Source: an uncultured Solirubrobacterales bacterium (GTDB lineage: Bacteria > Actinomycetota > Thermoleophilia > Solirubrobacterales > Solirubrobacteraceae). From it: DNA of 64,000 bases. The DNA lies in contig CAVTSQ010000014.1 in NCBI GenBank assembly GCA_963737395.1, positions 55,690 to 119,689 of the forward strand. Reading direction: 5' to 3'. Position numbers and translations under genes: made by a program. The notes under the pieces are model-generated. The model was not told where the DNA came from, did not search any database, and worked only from the letters and a program-made list of their open reading frames with translations. Positions within the stretch are counted from its first letter, which is position 1; the number at the start of each line of letters is the position of its first letter. This document shows, in pieces, positions 31,752 to 40,519 of the stretch.

Positions 31752-32819
31752 ATGTCGCTCGTCGAGACGCTCAGCGGGAGCGTGGCCCGAGGTCTGCTCG
31801 CCCTGCCGCCGCGCGCGCAGAACCGGTTGGCCGGCGGACAGCCGCCCGTCGTCGACGGACAGGCGCTCGATCCCCAGATGCACCTGCTCGCCGCGCTGCG
31901 CGAGCGCCGGGGCAACCCGGAGCTGTCGAGCCTGACGCCCGCCCAGGCGCGCGAGCGGCTGCGGGCGGAGATGCGCGTCAGCGTCGCGCGGCCCACGCCG
32001 GTGGGCGCCGTCGCCGACCGCGAGATCCCCGGCCCGGCGGGACCGCTGCGCGCCCGCCACTACGCGACGGACGAGCCGGGCGGGCCGCATCCGCTGCTCG
32101 TCTTCTTCCACGGCGGCGGCTTCGTCGTCGGCGATCTCGACACCCACGACGAGGTCTGCCGCATGCTCTGCCGCCACGCCGGCGCGCACGTGCTCGCCGT
32201 CGACTACCGCCTGGCGCCCGAGCACCGCTTCCCCGCCGCGGCGCACGACGCGTGCGCCGCGCTGGCCTGGGGCCTGGCCCACGCCGACGAGCTCGGCGCC
32301 GACCCCGAGGCGGTCGCGGCGATCGGCGACTCGGCCGGCGGCAACCTCGCCGCCGTCGCCACCCAGGCCGTCGTGGCCGACGGCGAGCGGCCCTGCGGGC
32401 AGGTGCTGATCTACCCGGCCACCGACATGGTCACCGAGCGACCCGCGCTCGAGCACTTCGCCGCGGGCGCGTTCCTCTCGGCCGCGGACCGCGCCTGGTA
32501 CCACGGCCAGTACGTGCCCGAGGAGCAGCACGGCGACCCGCGCGCCTCGCCGCTCTTCGCCGACGAGCTGGCCGGTCTGCCGCCCGCGATCGTCGTGACC
32601 GCCGGCTTCGATCCGCTGCGCGACGAGGGCGAGGCCTACGCCGAGGCGCTCGCCGCGGCGGGGGTCCCGGTCGTCTCGCGCCGGCATGCCGGCCTGGTGC
32701 ACGGATTCGCGAACATGACGGGGATCGCGCCGGCGGCACGCGACGCGGCGCTCGAGCTCGCAGGTGCGATTCGAACCCTCCTGCGTGCCCGGTCGTGTGC
32801 GATGACCGAGTCCGGGTAG
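31752..32819 (+). CDS. Alpha/beta-hydrolase esterase/lipase, hormone-sensitive-lipase family
   Basis: It has its own ATG at 31752, in the same frame as the 29919 ORF. Motifs present are HGGGF (oxyanion hole), GDSAGG (nucleophile elbow) and DPLRDEG...HGF. Confidence 0.85.
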   Translation: MSLVETLSGSVARGLLALPPRAQNRLAGGQPPVVDGQALDPQMHLLAALRERRGNPELSSLTPAQARERLRAEMRVSVARPTPVGAVADREIPGPAGPLRARHYATDEPGGPHPLLVFFHGGGFVVGDLDTHDEVCRMLCRHAGAHVLAVDYRLAPEHRFPAAAHDACAALAWGLAHADELGADPEAVAAIGDSAGGNLAAVATQAVVADGERPCGQVLIYPATDMVTERPALEHFAAGAFLSAADRAWYHGQYVPEEQHGDPRASPLFADELAGLPPAIVVTAGFDPLRDEGEAYAEALAAAGVPVVSRRHAGLVHGFANMTGIAPAARDAALELAGAIRTLLRARSCAMTESG

Positions 32820-32829
32820 GCGCACCGAG

Positions 32830-33568
32830 ATGGTCTTCGGCAGCCTCTCCCCCGCGCCCGGGGGACCTCTCTCGCTTCTCGAGCACGACGCCGACCTGGC
32901 GACGACGCTGCCCCCGCCCGAGCTCGAGCGGCTCGCGCCGCAGCTCCGCTGCCGGTCCTTCGTCCTCAAGCCCGGCCGCTGGCAGCCCCCGCCGGCCGAG
33001 GCCGACGCCTTCGGCCTCTACGTCGTCGACGGGCTCCTCGTCCGCCGCCTCCAGGTCGGCAACGCGCGGTCGGCCGAGATCCTCGGCCCGTCCGACGTCC
33101 TGCGCCCCTGGCACGAGGACGTCGAGATCTACGGCGCCGCCGACACCCGCTGGACGGTCCCGACCGCGACGCGCCTGGCGATCCTCGACGGGCGCGTCAC
33201 CGCGCTCGGTCGGCTCGAGCCCCGAGCTCAACGTCGCCCTCTCGGGCCGGCTGGTCCGGCGCACCCGCGAGCTCGTCTACCTCGCCGCGCTCTCCCATCT
33301 CGTCAAGGTCCACGAGCGGCTGCTCGGCACGCTCTGGCACCTGGCCGAGCGCTGGGGCCGTGTGACGGCCCGCGGCGTCGTGCTCGCGCTGCCCTTCACG
33401 CACGAGATCCTCGCCGAGGTCGTCGGCGCCCAGCGCCCCTCGCTGACGACGGGCATCACCACGCTCGAGCAGCGGGGCCTCATCTCCCGGGAGGACGGCC
33501 ACTACGTGCTGCACGGCGAGCCGCCCGGGCCGAGCCTGCCCGACATGCTCGCCACGTCGTCGGCGTGA
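32830..33568 (+). CDS. Crp/Fnr-family transcriptional regulator; frame-disrupted (1 indel near 33215)
   Basis: The N-terminal cNMP-binding-like piece is in ORF 32830..34185 (..FGLYVVDGLLVRRLQVGNARSAEILGPSDVLRPW..). The C-terminal HTH is the tail of ORF 31112..33568 (..FTHEILAEVVGAQRPSLTTGITTLEQRGLISRE..). Confidence 0.65.
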
Positions 33569-34321
33569 GCGCCGGCGCCGCCGCGCCGACGCTCGCCGGG
33601 TACGACCATCTGCTGCGCGCCGCCAGCGCGCCTGGCCTGGGACGAGGGGGCGATCGACCTCGACGGCGACCGCGCGGCGTGGCTCGCGCTCGCCCCGGCC
33701 GAGCGCGCCCCGCTCGAGCGCCTGCTGGCCGGCTTCGTCGTCGCCGAGCAGGCGGTCGCCGAGCACCTCGAGCCCTTCGCCGCGGCCGCCGGCGACCCGC
33801 TGCTCGCCGGCTGCTTCGCCGCCCAGGCCATCGACGAGGCCCGCCACGCCCGCTTCTTCGCCCGCGCGGCCGCAACGCTCGCCGGGCTCGACGGCGCGGC
33901 GATCGCCGCCGTCGCCGGCCCCGCGCTCGTCTCGCTGTTCACCGACGAGCTGCCCGCCACCGCGGCGGCGCTGGGCCGCGGCGACGTGCGCCTGGCCGCC
34001 GGCGTCGGGCTCTACCACCTCGTGCTCGAGGGGATCGTCTTCGCCGCCGGCCAGGCCGCGCTGCTCGAGCGCCTCGAGCGGCTCGGCACGCTGCCGGCGC
34101 TGCTCGACGGCGCCACCCGCGTGGCCGCCGACGAGCGCTGGCACGTCGGCCTCGGCGTGCCGCTGCCTGCGCGACGCGGGCCTGACCGTTGAGGAGATGG
34201 CGACGGTCGAGGACGCCGCCGCCCGCGCCGCGCGCGCCTGGGGCCCGAGCTCGTCGACGACGAGCGCCTCGCCGCCGTGCTCGAGCGCCACCGCCGGCGC
34301 GTCGGGATCGCCCTGGGCTAG
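33565..34321 (+). CDS. Ferritin-like di-iron carboxylate protein, ribonucleotide-reductase-R2-like; frame-disrupted (about 3 indels near 33628, 34160 and 34243)
   Basis: The GTG start forms a GTGA overlap with the Crp stop. The hand-joined sequence is ..RLAWDEGAIDLDGDRAAWLAL...FVVAEQAVAEHL...AIDEARHARFF...LYHLVLEGIVFAAG...AADERWHVGLG...[11 protein letters not shown]. This supplies an E, ExxH, E, ExxH ligand set. Confidence 0.5.
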
Positions 34322-35550
34322 CCGGCCTCGATCTCGGCGTCCGGGTCGGCCAGCCGCTCGAGGTCGCCGCCGAGCGCGCCGCCGGCGCCGATCACCCGTC
34401 CGGCGGCGGCGAGGTCCTCGCCGCGGCCGCTGACCGTGGCGGCGACGAGCCGCTCGCCGGCCAGGTACAGGACGCACCACTCGTCGTCCTCCAAGGACCC
34501 TCTGACGATCTCCCTGTCCCAGCCCGCGGCGGGGCCGACCGACTCGAGCGAGCCCCAGTCGGCGAGGTCGGTCCAGAAGTACGGGACGACGCGGTGCTCG
34601 CGCTCCTCGCCGGCCATGTTCGCGGCGACGGTCCTGCCCTGCTGCATCGCGTGGTCCTCGTGCTCGACGCGCAGCATCCGCCCGTGGACCGGCGAGTCGT
34701 ACTCGCAGACATCGCCGGCCGCGTAGACGCCGGGTGCCGACGTCTCGAGCCGGGCCGAGCAGCGGATGCCGCTCTCGCCGAGCTCGAGGCCGGCCGAGCG
34801 CGCGAGCGTCAGGTCGGGCGTGACGCCGGTCCCGAGCACGACGAGCTCGCCGGGGATCTCGACGCCCGCCTCGGTGACGACCGCCGAGACGCGCTCGTCC
34901 TCGCCGCGGAAGGCGGCCAGGCCGTCGGCGTGGACGAACTCGATCCCGCGGCCCTCGAGCAGCCGGCGCACCCAGCGCCCGACGTCGGCGCCGAAGCCGC
35001 GCTCCATCGGCTGCTCCTCCTGCATCAGCACGGTGACGTGCTTGCCCATCGTCGTCAGCGAGGCGGCGACCTCGCAGCCGATGTACGAGCCGCCGACCAC
35101 GACCGCGCGCTCGGCCTCCTCGGCGTCGGACCGGATCGCGTCGGCGTTGCCCAGCGCGCGCACGTAGTGCAGGCCCTCGAGGTCGTCGCCGTCGGCGCGC
35201 AGGCGCCGGACGTTCGCGCCCGTGGCCACCAGCGCCGTGCCGAACTCGATCTCGTCGCCGCCCATCAGCGACGCCGTCCGCGCCTCGAGGTCGAGGCCGC
35301 GCACCATCGTCCGCGTCCGGAGCTCGATGCCCTGCTCCTCGTACCACTCCGCGGGCTTGACGAAGGCGGCGGACTTCTCCTCCTCGCCGCGCAGGTACTC
35401 CTTGGTCGCCGGGGGGCGGTGATACGGCGGGTCGGGCTCGCGGCCGACGAGCAGGATCGAGCCCTCGGCGCCGGCCTTGCGCAGGGCCTGGGCGCAGGTC
35501 GCGGAGGCGACGCCTCCGCCGATCAGCAGGTGGTCGATGTGGCGGCTCAT
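34318..35550 (-). CDS. NAD(P)/FAD-dependent ferredoxin/rubredoxin-reductase-type oxidoreductase (Pyr_redox_2 + reductase C-terminal domain)
   Basis: Intact ORF 34318..35583; the likely start is [17 protein letters not shown] at 35550. A second dinucleotide fold is present ([16 protein letters not shown]), along with YAAGDVC. Confidence 0.8.
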   Translation of the reverse strand: MSRHIDHLLIGGGVASATCAQALRKAGAEGSILLVGREPDPPYHRPPATKEYLRGEEEKSAAFVKPAEWYEEQGIELRTRTMVRGLDLEARTASLMGGDEIEFGTALVATGANVRRLRADGDDLEGLHYVRALGNADAIRSDAEEAERAVVVGGSYIGCEVAASLTTMGKHVTVLMQEEQPMERGFGADVGRWVRRLLEGRGIEFVHADGLAAFRGEDERVSAVVTEAGVEIPGELVVLGTGVTPDLTLARSAGLELGESGIRCSARLETSAPGVYAAGDVCEYDSPVHGRMLRVEHEDHAMQQGRTVAANMAGEEREHRVVPYFWTDLADWGSLESVGPAAGWDREIVRGSLEDDEWCVLYLAGERLVAATVSGRGEDLAAAGRVIGAGGALGGDLERLADPDAEIEAG

Positions 35551-35602
35551 CGCGGTCGCTCCATGGGCCCGATCATGCCCCATCCGCGCTTGTGCCGCCG
35601 CG

Positions 35603-35608
35603 TAGAAT
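35603..35608 (+). promoter_or_regulatory. Candidate -10 hexamer TAGAAT, 7 nt upstream of the msrA ATG (implies a leaderless transcript)
   Basis: Read directly as cgcgTAGAATtcaagccATG. It fits the actinobacterial TANNNT -10 pattern at the spacing typical of leaderless mRNAs. There is no Shine-Dalgarno sequence before the ATG. Confidence 0.35.
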
Positions 35609-35615
35609 TCAAGCC

Positions 35616-36281
35616 ATGTCCTTCCTCCTTCGCGCCAAGTCCCGCATGATCGATCCCGAGCGCGCGCTGCCCGGCCGCGAGGAGGCGATGCGCGTGCCCG
35701 AACGCCATGAGGTGCTCGGCACGCCGCTCGTGCCCCCGTTCCCCGAGGGCTACCAGCACGCCGTCTTCGGCATGGGCTGCTTCTGGGGCGCCGAGCGGCT
35801 CTTCTGGACCGAGCCGGGCGTCTACACGACGGCCGTCGGCTACGCGGGCGGCACCACGCCGAACCCGACCTACGAGGAGACCTGCTCGGGCTCGACCGGC
35901 CACACCGAGGCCGTGCTCGTCGTCTGGGACCCCGCGGTCACCAGCTACGAGCGGATGCTGCAGATCTTCTGGGAGGGCCACGACCCGACCCAGGGCATGC
36001 GCCAGGGCAACGACGTCGGCACGCAGTACCGCTCGGCCGCCTACTGGGCCGACGAGGACCAGAAGGCGGTGCTCGAGCGCTCGCGCGAGATGTACGCCGA
36101 GCAGCTGGCCGCCGCCCACAAGGGCGAGATCACGACCGAGATCGCCAAGGCCGGGCCCTTCTTCTACGCCGAGGACTACCACCAGCAGTACCTGGCCAAG
36201 AACCCGAACGGGTACTGCGGCCTGGGCGGCACCGGCGTCTCCTGCCCGATCGGGACGGGCGTCGCCGCCGGCGACGCCTGA
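35616..36281 (+). CDS. msrA: Peptide-methionine (S)-S-oxide reductase
   Basis: Intact from M at 35616. It has the catalytic GMGCFWGAE motif plus ..[12 protein letters not shown]...[10 protein letters not shown]...EDYHQQYL. Confidence 0.9.
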   Translation: MSFLLRAKSRMIDPERALPGREEAMRVPERHEVLGTPLVPPFPEGYQHAVFGMGCFWGAERLFWTEPGVYTTAVGYAGGTTPNPTYEETCSGSTGHTEAVLVVWDPAVTSYERMLQIFWEGHDPTQGMRQGNDVGTQYRSAAYWADEDQKAVLERSREMYAEQLAAAHKGEITTEIAKAGPFFYAEDYHQQYLAKNPNGYCGLGGTGVSCPIGTGVAAGDA

Positions 36282-36294
36282 GTCCCGGCGCGCC

Positions 36295-36534
36295 ATGGTC
36301 CGCGCCGTCCGTATCGGGATCCCCGTCGGGGTCGCGATCGTCGGCGTGGTCGTCATCGTGCTGGCCGGGGGCGATCCCAACATCGTCGCCCTCGGCTCGC
36401 TGCTGATCGGCGTGGGCGGCCTGATCGCGCTGACCGGGGCGATCGTGCGCGCCGGCGACCGCTCGAACCAGGATCGGGTGGCCGAGGAGCAGGCGCGGGA
36501 CTTCTTCGCCCAGCACGGCCGCTGGCCGGACTGA
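36295..36534 (+). CDS. Small two-TM membrane protein (79 aa), hypothetical
   Basis: This is the tail of ORF 35707..36534 from the ATG at 36295: [51 protein letters not shown]... GC3 is high. Confidence 0.5.
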   Translation: MVRAVRIGIPVGVAIVGVVVIVLAGGDPNIVALGSLLIGVGGLIALTGAIVRAGDRSNQDRVAEEQARDFFAQHGRWPD

Positions 36535-36660
36535 TCGCCGGGCGGGGACTTGCAGGTCCCGGGAGTCGGTCCGCGAAGTGGCTACCATGTCCCCCTTCGC
36601 GGGCGCGGCGGCGTTCGCCTGCACCCAGTCAACCTTCGTCTCTGAGGAGATCGCCTAGAC

Positions 36661-36879
36661 ATGCACCTTCTCGCTTACCTGGACGCAGGGTCCGGCTCGA
36701 TGATCATTCAGGTCATCGTCGGTGGTTTTGCCGCTGCTGCCGTGTCCCTCAAGCTGTTCTGGAACCGCGTGCTCACCTTCCTTCACATCAAGAAGAAGGA
36801 AGATCAGCCGGCCGAGGCCACGGCCACCAAGACCGAGGCCACCGAGTCCGAGCAGCGCGCAGTCGCCGAAAGCCGGTAG
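36661..36879 (+). CDS. Small single-TM protein (72 aa) with an N-terminal YLDAGSGSMIIQ motif, hypothetical
   Basis: Intact ORF with a GAGGAG sequence 13 nt upstream. The sequence is MHLLAYLDAGSGSMIIQVIVGGFAAAAVSLKLFWNRVLTFLHIKKKED... The stop lies 6 nt before the next ATG. Confidence 0.55.
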   Translation: MHLLAYLDAGSGSMIIQVIVGGFAAAAVSLKLFWNRVLTFLHIKKKEDQPAEATATKTEATESEQRAVAESR

Positions 36880-36885
36880 CCGTAC

Positions 36886-38307
36886 ATGTCCGCTTCCCCC
36901 GCGGCGTCGGGCTCCCGTGTGGAGTCCGGCTCTTTCCGTGATCCCGAGAGCCGCGTCTACTACACGGGCGACAGCGTCTACCGCGCACTGTCGGCCCCCG
37001 GTCTCGCCGACTGGGAGAAGCTGAAGTCGAGTGGCCTCTACGACGAGCTGGCCGGCAACGGCCGGCTCGTCGCCACCGAGGCCGTCGACTCCGCCGAGAT
37101 CCCGTCCTCCCTCGTGGGGGACTGGGCCGGCGCGCTGAAGCACGAGCTGATCCCGACGATCTCGTACCCGTACGAGTGGTCGTTCTCGCAGCTCCGTGAC
37201 GCGGCGCTGCTGCAGCTCGATCTGCTGCTCGCGTCGCTCGAGAAGGACATCATCCTCAAGGACTCGACGCCCTACAACGTGCAGTTCCGGGGCGCGCAGC
37301 CGACGTTCATCGACATCGGCTCCTTCGAGGCGCTGCGGGCCGGCGAGCCGTGGATCGGCTACCGCCAGTTCTGCACCCTCTACCTCTTCCCGCTGATGCT
37401 CCGGGCCTACAAGAACGTGCCCTTCCAGCCGTGGCTGCGCGGCTCGCTCGAGGGCATCACGCCGCCCGAGATGGCCGGGCTGATGTCGTTCCGCGACGGC
37501 TTCCGCAAGGGCGTCTTCCTCCACGTCAACCTGCACGCCCGCGCCGAGAAGCGCTACGCCGGCAAGTCCGAGCAGGTCCAGCGCGACGTCAAGAAGGCCG
37601 GCTTCAAGAAGGAGATCATCGTCGCCAACGTGCGCAAGCTGCACAAGACGATCTCCAAGCTGTCCTACACGCCCGACGCCGAGGCGGTCTGGGTCGAGTA
37701 CGGGACCAAGAACTCCTACCAGGGCTCCGAGACCGACGAGAAGAAGGACTTCGTCCGCGAGGCCGCCTCGACCCGGCACTGGAACCGCGTCTGGGATCTC
37801 GGCGCCAACGACCACCGCTTCTCGCTGATCGCCGCCGATCACGCCGACCACGTCGTGGCCGTCGACGGCGACGAGGGCATCGTCGACGTCGTCTACCGCA
37901 AGCTGCGCGACGAGGGCCGCACCGACATCACCTCGCTGGTCATGTCGCTGACGGACATGTCGCCCGACCGCGGGTGGGACCACAAGGAGCGGCGCACGCT
38001 CGAGGCCCGGGGCAAGCCGGACCTCGTCCTGATCCTCGCGCTGATCCACCACATCTGCATCACCGGCAACGTCCCGGTCAACGTCTACCTCGACTGGCTG
38101 CGCTCGCTCGACGCGGCGCTGGTCATCGAGTTCCCGACGCCCGACGACGTGATGGTCAAGACGCTGTTCTCGGGCAAGCGCGAGGGCCTGCACCTGGACT
38201 ACACGCGAGCGAACTTCGAGCGCCTGCTGGGCGAGCGCTTCGACATCGAGCGCACCCAGGAGCTCTCGGGCGGCACGCGCGTCATGTACTTCGCCAAGCC
38301 GCGCTAG
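36886..38307 (+). CDS. Two-domain protein: uncharacterised N-terminal domain + C-terminal class I SAM-dependent methyltransferase (NoeA-like)
   Basis: Intact 473-aa ORF. The C-terminal SAM motif I-like segment is RVWDLGANDHRFSLIAADHADHVVAVDGD. The N-terminal half reads ..YPYEWSFSQLRDAALLQLDLL...ILKDSTPYNVQF...FIDIGSFE.. Confidence 0.65.
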   Translation: MSASPAASGSRVESGSFRDPESRVYYTGDSVYRALSAPGLADWEKLKSSGLYDELAGNGRLVATEAVDSAEIPSSLVGDWAGALKHELIPTISYPYEWSFSQLRDAALLQLDLLLASLEKDIILKDSTPYNVQFRGAQPTFIDIGSFEALRAGEPWIGYRQFCTLYLFPLMLRAYKNVPFQPWLRGSLEGITPPEMAGLMSFRDGFRKGVFLHVNLHARAEKRYAGKSEQVQRDVKKAGFKKEIIVANVRKLHKTISKLSYTPDAEAVWVEYGTKNSYQGSETDEKKDFVREAASTRHWNRVWDLGANDHRFSLIAADHADHVVAVDGDEGIVDVVYRKLRDEGRTDITSLVMSLTDMSPDRGWDHKERRTLEARGKPDLVLILALIHHICITGNVPVNVYLDWLRSLDAALVIEFPTPDDVMVKTLFSGKREGLHLDYTRANFERLLGERFDIERTQELSGGTRVMYFAKPR

Positions 38308-38319
38308 CGGCTCGGCGAG

Positions 38320-38988
38320 CTACACCGCGGTCGCGAACAGCCGGGGATCGCCGGAGGTGATCCCTGCCACGCCGACGCCGGCCAGGCGCCGCATCGCCGC
38401 GGCCTGGTCGACCGTCCAGGCGTAGACCTCTCCCCCGGCCTCGGCGACGTCGGCCACGAGCCGCTCGTCGACGAGCGGGTGGAAGGCCATCAGCGCCGAG
38501 AAGCGCCGCTCGCGCAACGCGTCGATGACCAGGCCGCGCCACCCGCCGCCGAGGCGCTGCATGCGGCGCACGAGCCGGTTGCCGACCGAGAAGCCGGTCT
38601 GCACGTGCGGGTCGAGCTCCCGGACGCGGTCGAGGATGACGGCGCGGTGCGAGCAGATCAGCGCGCGGTCGAGCAGGCCGAAGCGATCGAGGGCGGCAAG
38701 CGCCGGCGCCTCCGTGCCGGGCTGCTTGAGATCGACGTGGAGGGCCACCCCGTCGAAGCGCGGTCGCGACAGGAAGGCCAGCGCCTCCTGCAGGCGCGGC
38801 GGATCGCCGCGGCGGGCGTCGAGCGACGAGTGGGCGAGGACGAGGCGGCGCCCCGCCGCCCGCACGTCGAACTCGATCACGTCGACGCCGATCTCGAGCG
38901 CGGTGTCGAACGACGCCAGCGTGTTGGCCCGAACCAGGGCACTGGCGCCTCCGTGGCCGATGCGGACGGGCTTCGTCACGAATCGCAC
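38320..38988 (-). CDS. Glycerophosphodiester phosphodiesterase (GDPD) family protein
   Basis: Intact 222-aa ORF containing ..IGHGGASALVRANTLASFDTALEIGVDVIEFDVR... and ..VYAWTVD.. Confidence 0.75.
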   Translation of the reverse strand: MRFVTKPVRIGHGGASALVRANTLASFDTALEIGVDVIEFDVRAAGRRLVLAHSSLDARRGDPPRLQEALAFLSRPRFDGVALHVDLKQPGTEAPALAALDRFGLLDRALICSHRAVILDRVRELDPHVQTGFSVGNRLVRRMQRLGGGWRGLVIDALRERRFSALMAFHPLVDERLVADVAEAGGEVYAWTVDQAAAMRRLAGVGVAGITSGDPRLFATAV

Positions 38989-39036
38989 TATCCCCCGTCC
39001 GCAGCGGTCAGAAACCCGGTGGCCCGGGCCTGGCGC

Positions 39037-40110
39037 TCAGAGGCGCGCCTCCAGCACCATGTTGAAGGGCGTCTCGGCCGCCCGGCGGACGTGCGTGAAC
39101 CCGCCTTCGGCCAGCACGGCGTGCAACCTTTCCTCGCCCGCCTGCGCGCCGAGCGCGGGGCCGTTCGGCTCCTGCGACTTGGCGTGCGCGGTGCAGATGA
39201 TCGCCGAGGCGCCGTAGAACAGCCGGCCGACCGGGTTGAGGTTGTCCTCGAGCCGATCGCCGGCCTGCGGCTCGACGATCATGTACGTGCCGTCGGGCTT
39301 GAGCGCCTCGGCGGCCGAGCGCGCCGCGCCGACCGGGTCGCCCATGTCGTGCAGGCAGTCGAAGTTGCACACGAGATCGGCGTCCTGCACCGGCAGCGCC
39401 TGGGCCGGCGCGATCTCGAACGTGCAGCGATCGCCGACCCCGGCGGCGCGGGCGAGCTCGTTGGCGCGGGCGATCGAGCCCTCGTGGTAGTCGACCCCGA
39501 CGAACCGCGCCTTCGGATACGCCTGCGCCATGATGATCGTCGAGGCGCCGTGGCCGCAGCCCACGTCGGCGACCAGCGCGCCGGCGCGCAGCTTGTCCTC
39601 GACGCCGTCGAGCGCCGGGATCCAGTCCGCCACCAGGTTCTGCTGGTAGCCCGGGCGGAAGAACCGCTCGGTGCCGCGGAAGAGGCGCGGGTCGTGCTCG
39701 TGCCAGCCGATCCCCTGCCCGGTCTGGAAGGCCTCGACGAAGCGATCCTCGTCGGCCCAGGCCGAGGCGAGGATGTCGAGGCCACCGAGCATGAACGCCA
39801 TGCCGTCCTCGTCGGCCAGCACCGCCGCGTGCTCGGCCGGCAGCGTGAAGCGCCCGCTGTCGGCGTCGTACTCGACGTAGCCGGCGGCGGCCTGGCCGGA
39901 GAGCCACTCGCGCACGTAGCGCTCGTCGGCCTTCGCGCGCTCGGCCAGCTCTGCGGAGGTGAGCGGACCGGCTCCCGCCATGGCGCGGTAGAAGCCCGCG
40001 CGCTCACCGAGCCTGGACATGAGCACCCCCATGCCCGCGCTCATGTCGCCCACGACCTGCCCGGCGAACTGCTCGAGGCGGGTCTCGTCCAATGGAGTGG
40101 TGGTGCCCAT
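39037..40110 (-). CDS. Class I SAM-dependent methyltransferase with an N-terminal winged-helix-like domain
   Basis: M at 40110 within ORF 39037..40365. SAM motif I is ALVADVGCGHGASTIIMAQAYP. The post-I motif is FVGVDYH, and CNFDCLHDMGDP is also present. Confidence 0.8.
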   Translation of the reverse strand: MGTTTPLDETRLEQFAGQVVGDMSAGMGVLMSRLGERAGFYRAMAGAGPLTSAELAERAKADERYVREWLSGQAAAGYVEYDADSGRFTLPAEHAAVLADEDGMAFMLGGLDILASAWADEDRFVEAFQTGQGIGWHEHDPRLFRGTERFFRPGYQQNLVADWIPALDGVEDKLRAGALVADVGCGHGASTIIMAQAYPKARFVGVDYHEGSIARANELARAAGVGDRCTFEIAPAQALPVQDADLVCNFDCLHDMGDPVGAARSAAEALKPDGTYMIVEPQAGDRLEDNLNPVGRLFYGASAIICTAHAKSQEPNGPALGAQAGEERLHAVLAEGGFTHVRRAAETPFNMVLEARL

Positions 40111-40193
40111 GGCACACCTCCGCGTGGTAGGTCCCCTGGACCGTGCTTCGACTCTCGCCGATCGCGACGGGCCGTGCAACCCCGCCGGTACGT

Positions 40194-40499
40194 TCAGCCG
40201 CGGAAGCGGCGCACGAGCGCGTAGCCGGCCGCGGCGGCGGCCACGGCGGCCGCGATCCGCGGCAGGCGCGACGGGGACGACCCGGCATCCCCCGTGAGCA
40301 CGTCCGCGTGCGCGGGCGGCGGGTACTCCTCGGCGGCGAGGATGTCGTGCGGCGGCTCGTCCCACGCCGACGGATCCTGCGCGGCGCGGTGGGCCCGCGC
40401 CTGCGGGGTGTCCGCGTCGGCCCCCGCGGGCGGAGGGAACTCCTCCGCCGCGAGGATGTCGTGCGGATCCTCGGCCTGTTCCTTCTTCTTCTTGGCCAT
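40194..40499 (-). CDS. Tail-anchored small protein (101 aa) with an internal duplication PHDILAAEE[FY]PPPA, hypothetical
   Basis: Intact ORF with high GC3. The two repeat copies are encoded at 40425..40466 and 40311..40352. The C-terminal hydrophobic segment is RIAAAVAAAAAGYALV. It lies 20 bp downstream of the FAD-oxidoreductase gene on the same strand. Confidence 0.5.
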   Translation of the reverse strand: MAKKKKEQAEDPHDILAAEEFPPPAGADADTPQARAHRAAQDPSAWDEPPHDILAAEEYPPPAHADVLTGDAGSSPSRLPRIAAAVAAAAAGYALVRRFRG

Positions 40500-40519
40500 G
40501 GCTGCTCGCGACGGGAGGC

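Noticed and set aside
29919-32819. 966-aa apparent fusion of a ThDP enzyme with an esterase
   Set aside because: A one-base frame switch near 31615 takes the PoxB-like gene out of its true frame, whose stop is at 31723-31725. The esterase has its own in-frame ATG at 31752. I treat them as two genes, not a fusion.
36587-36658. 23-codon ORF (MSPFAGAAAFACTQSTFVSEEIA) in the gap before the mini TM protein
   Set aside because: It is very short, has no ribosome-binding site, and overlaps the ribosome-binding site of the next gene. Nothing distinguishes it from chance.
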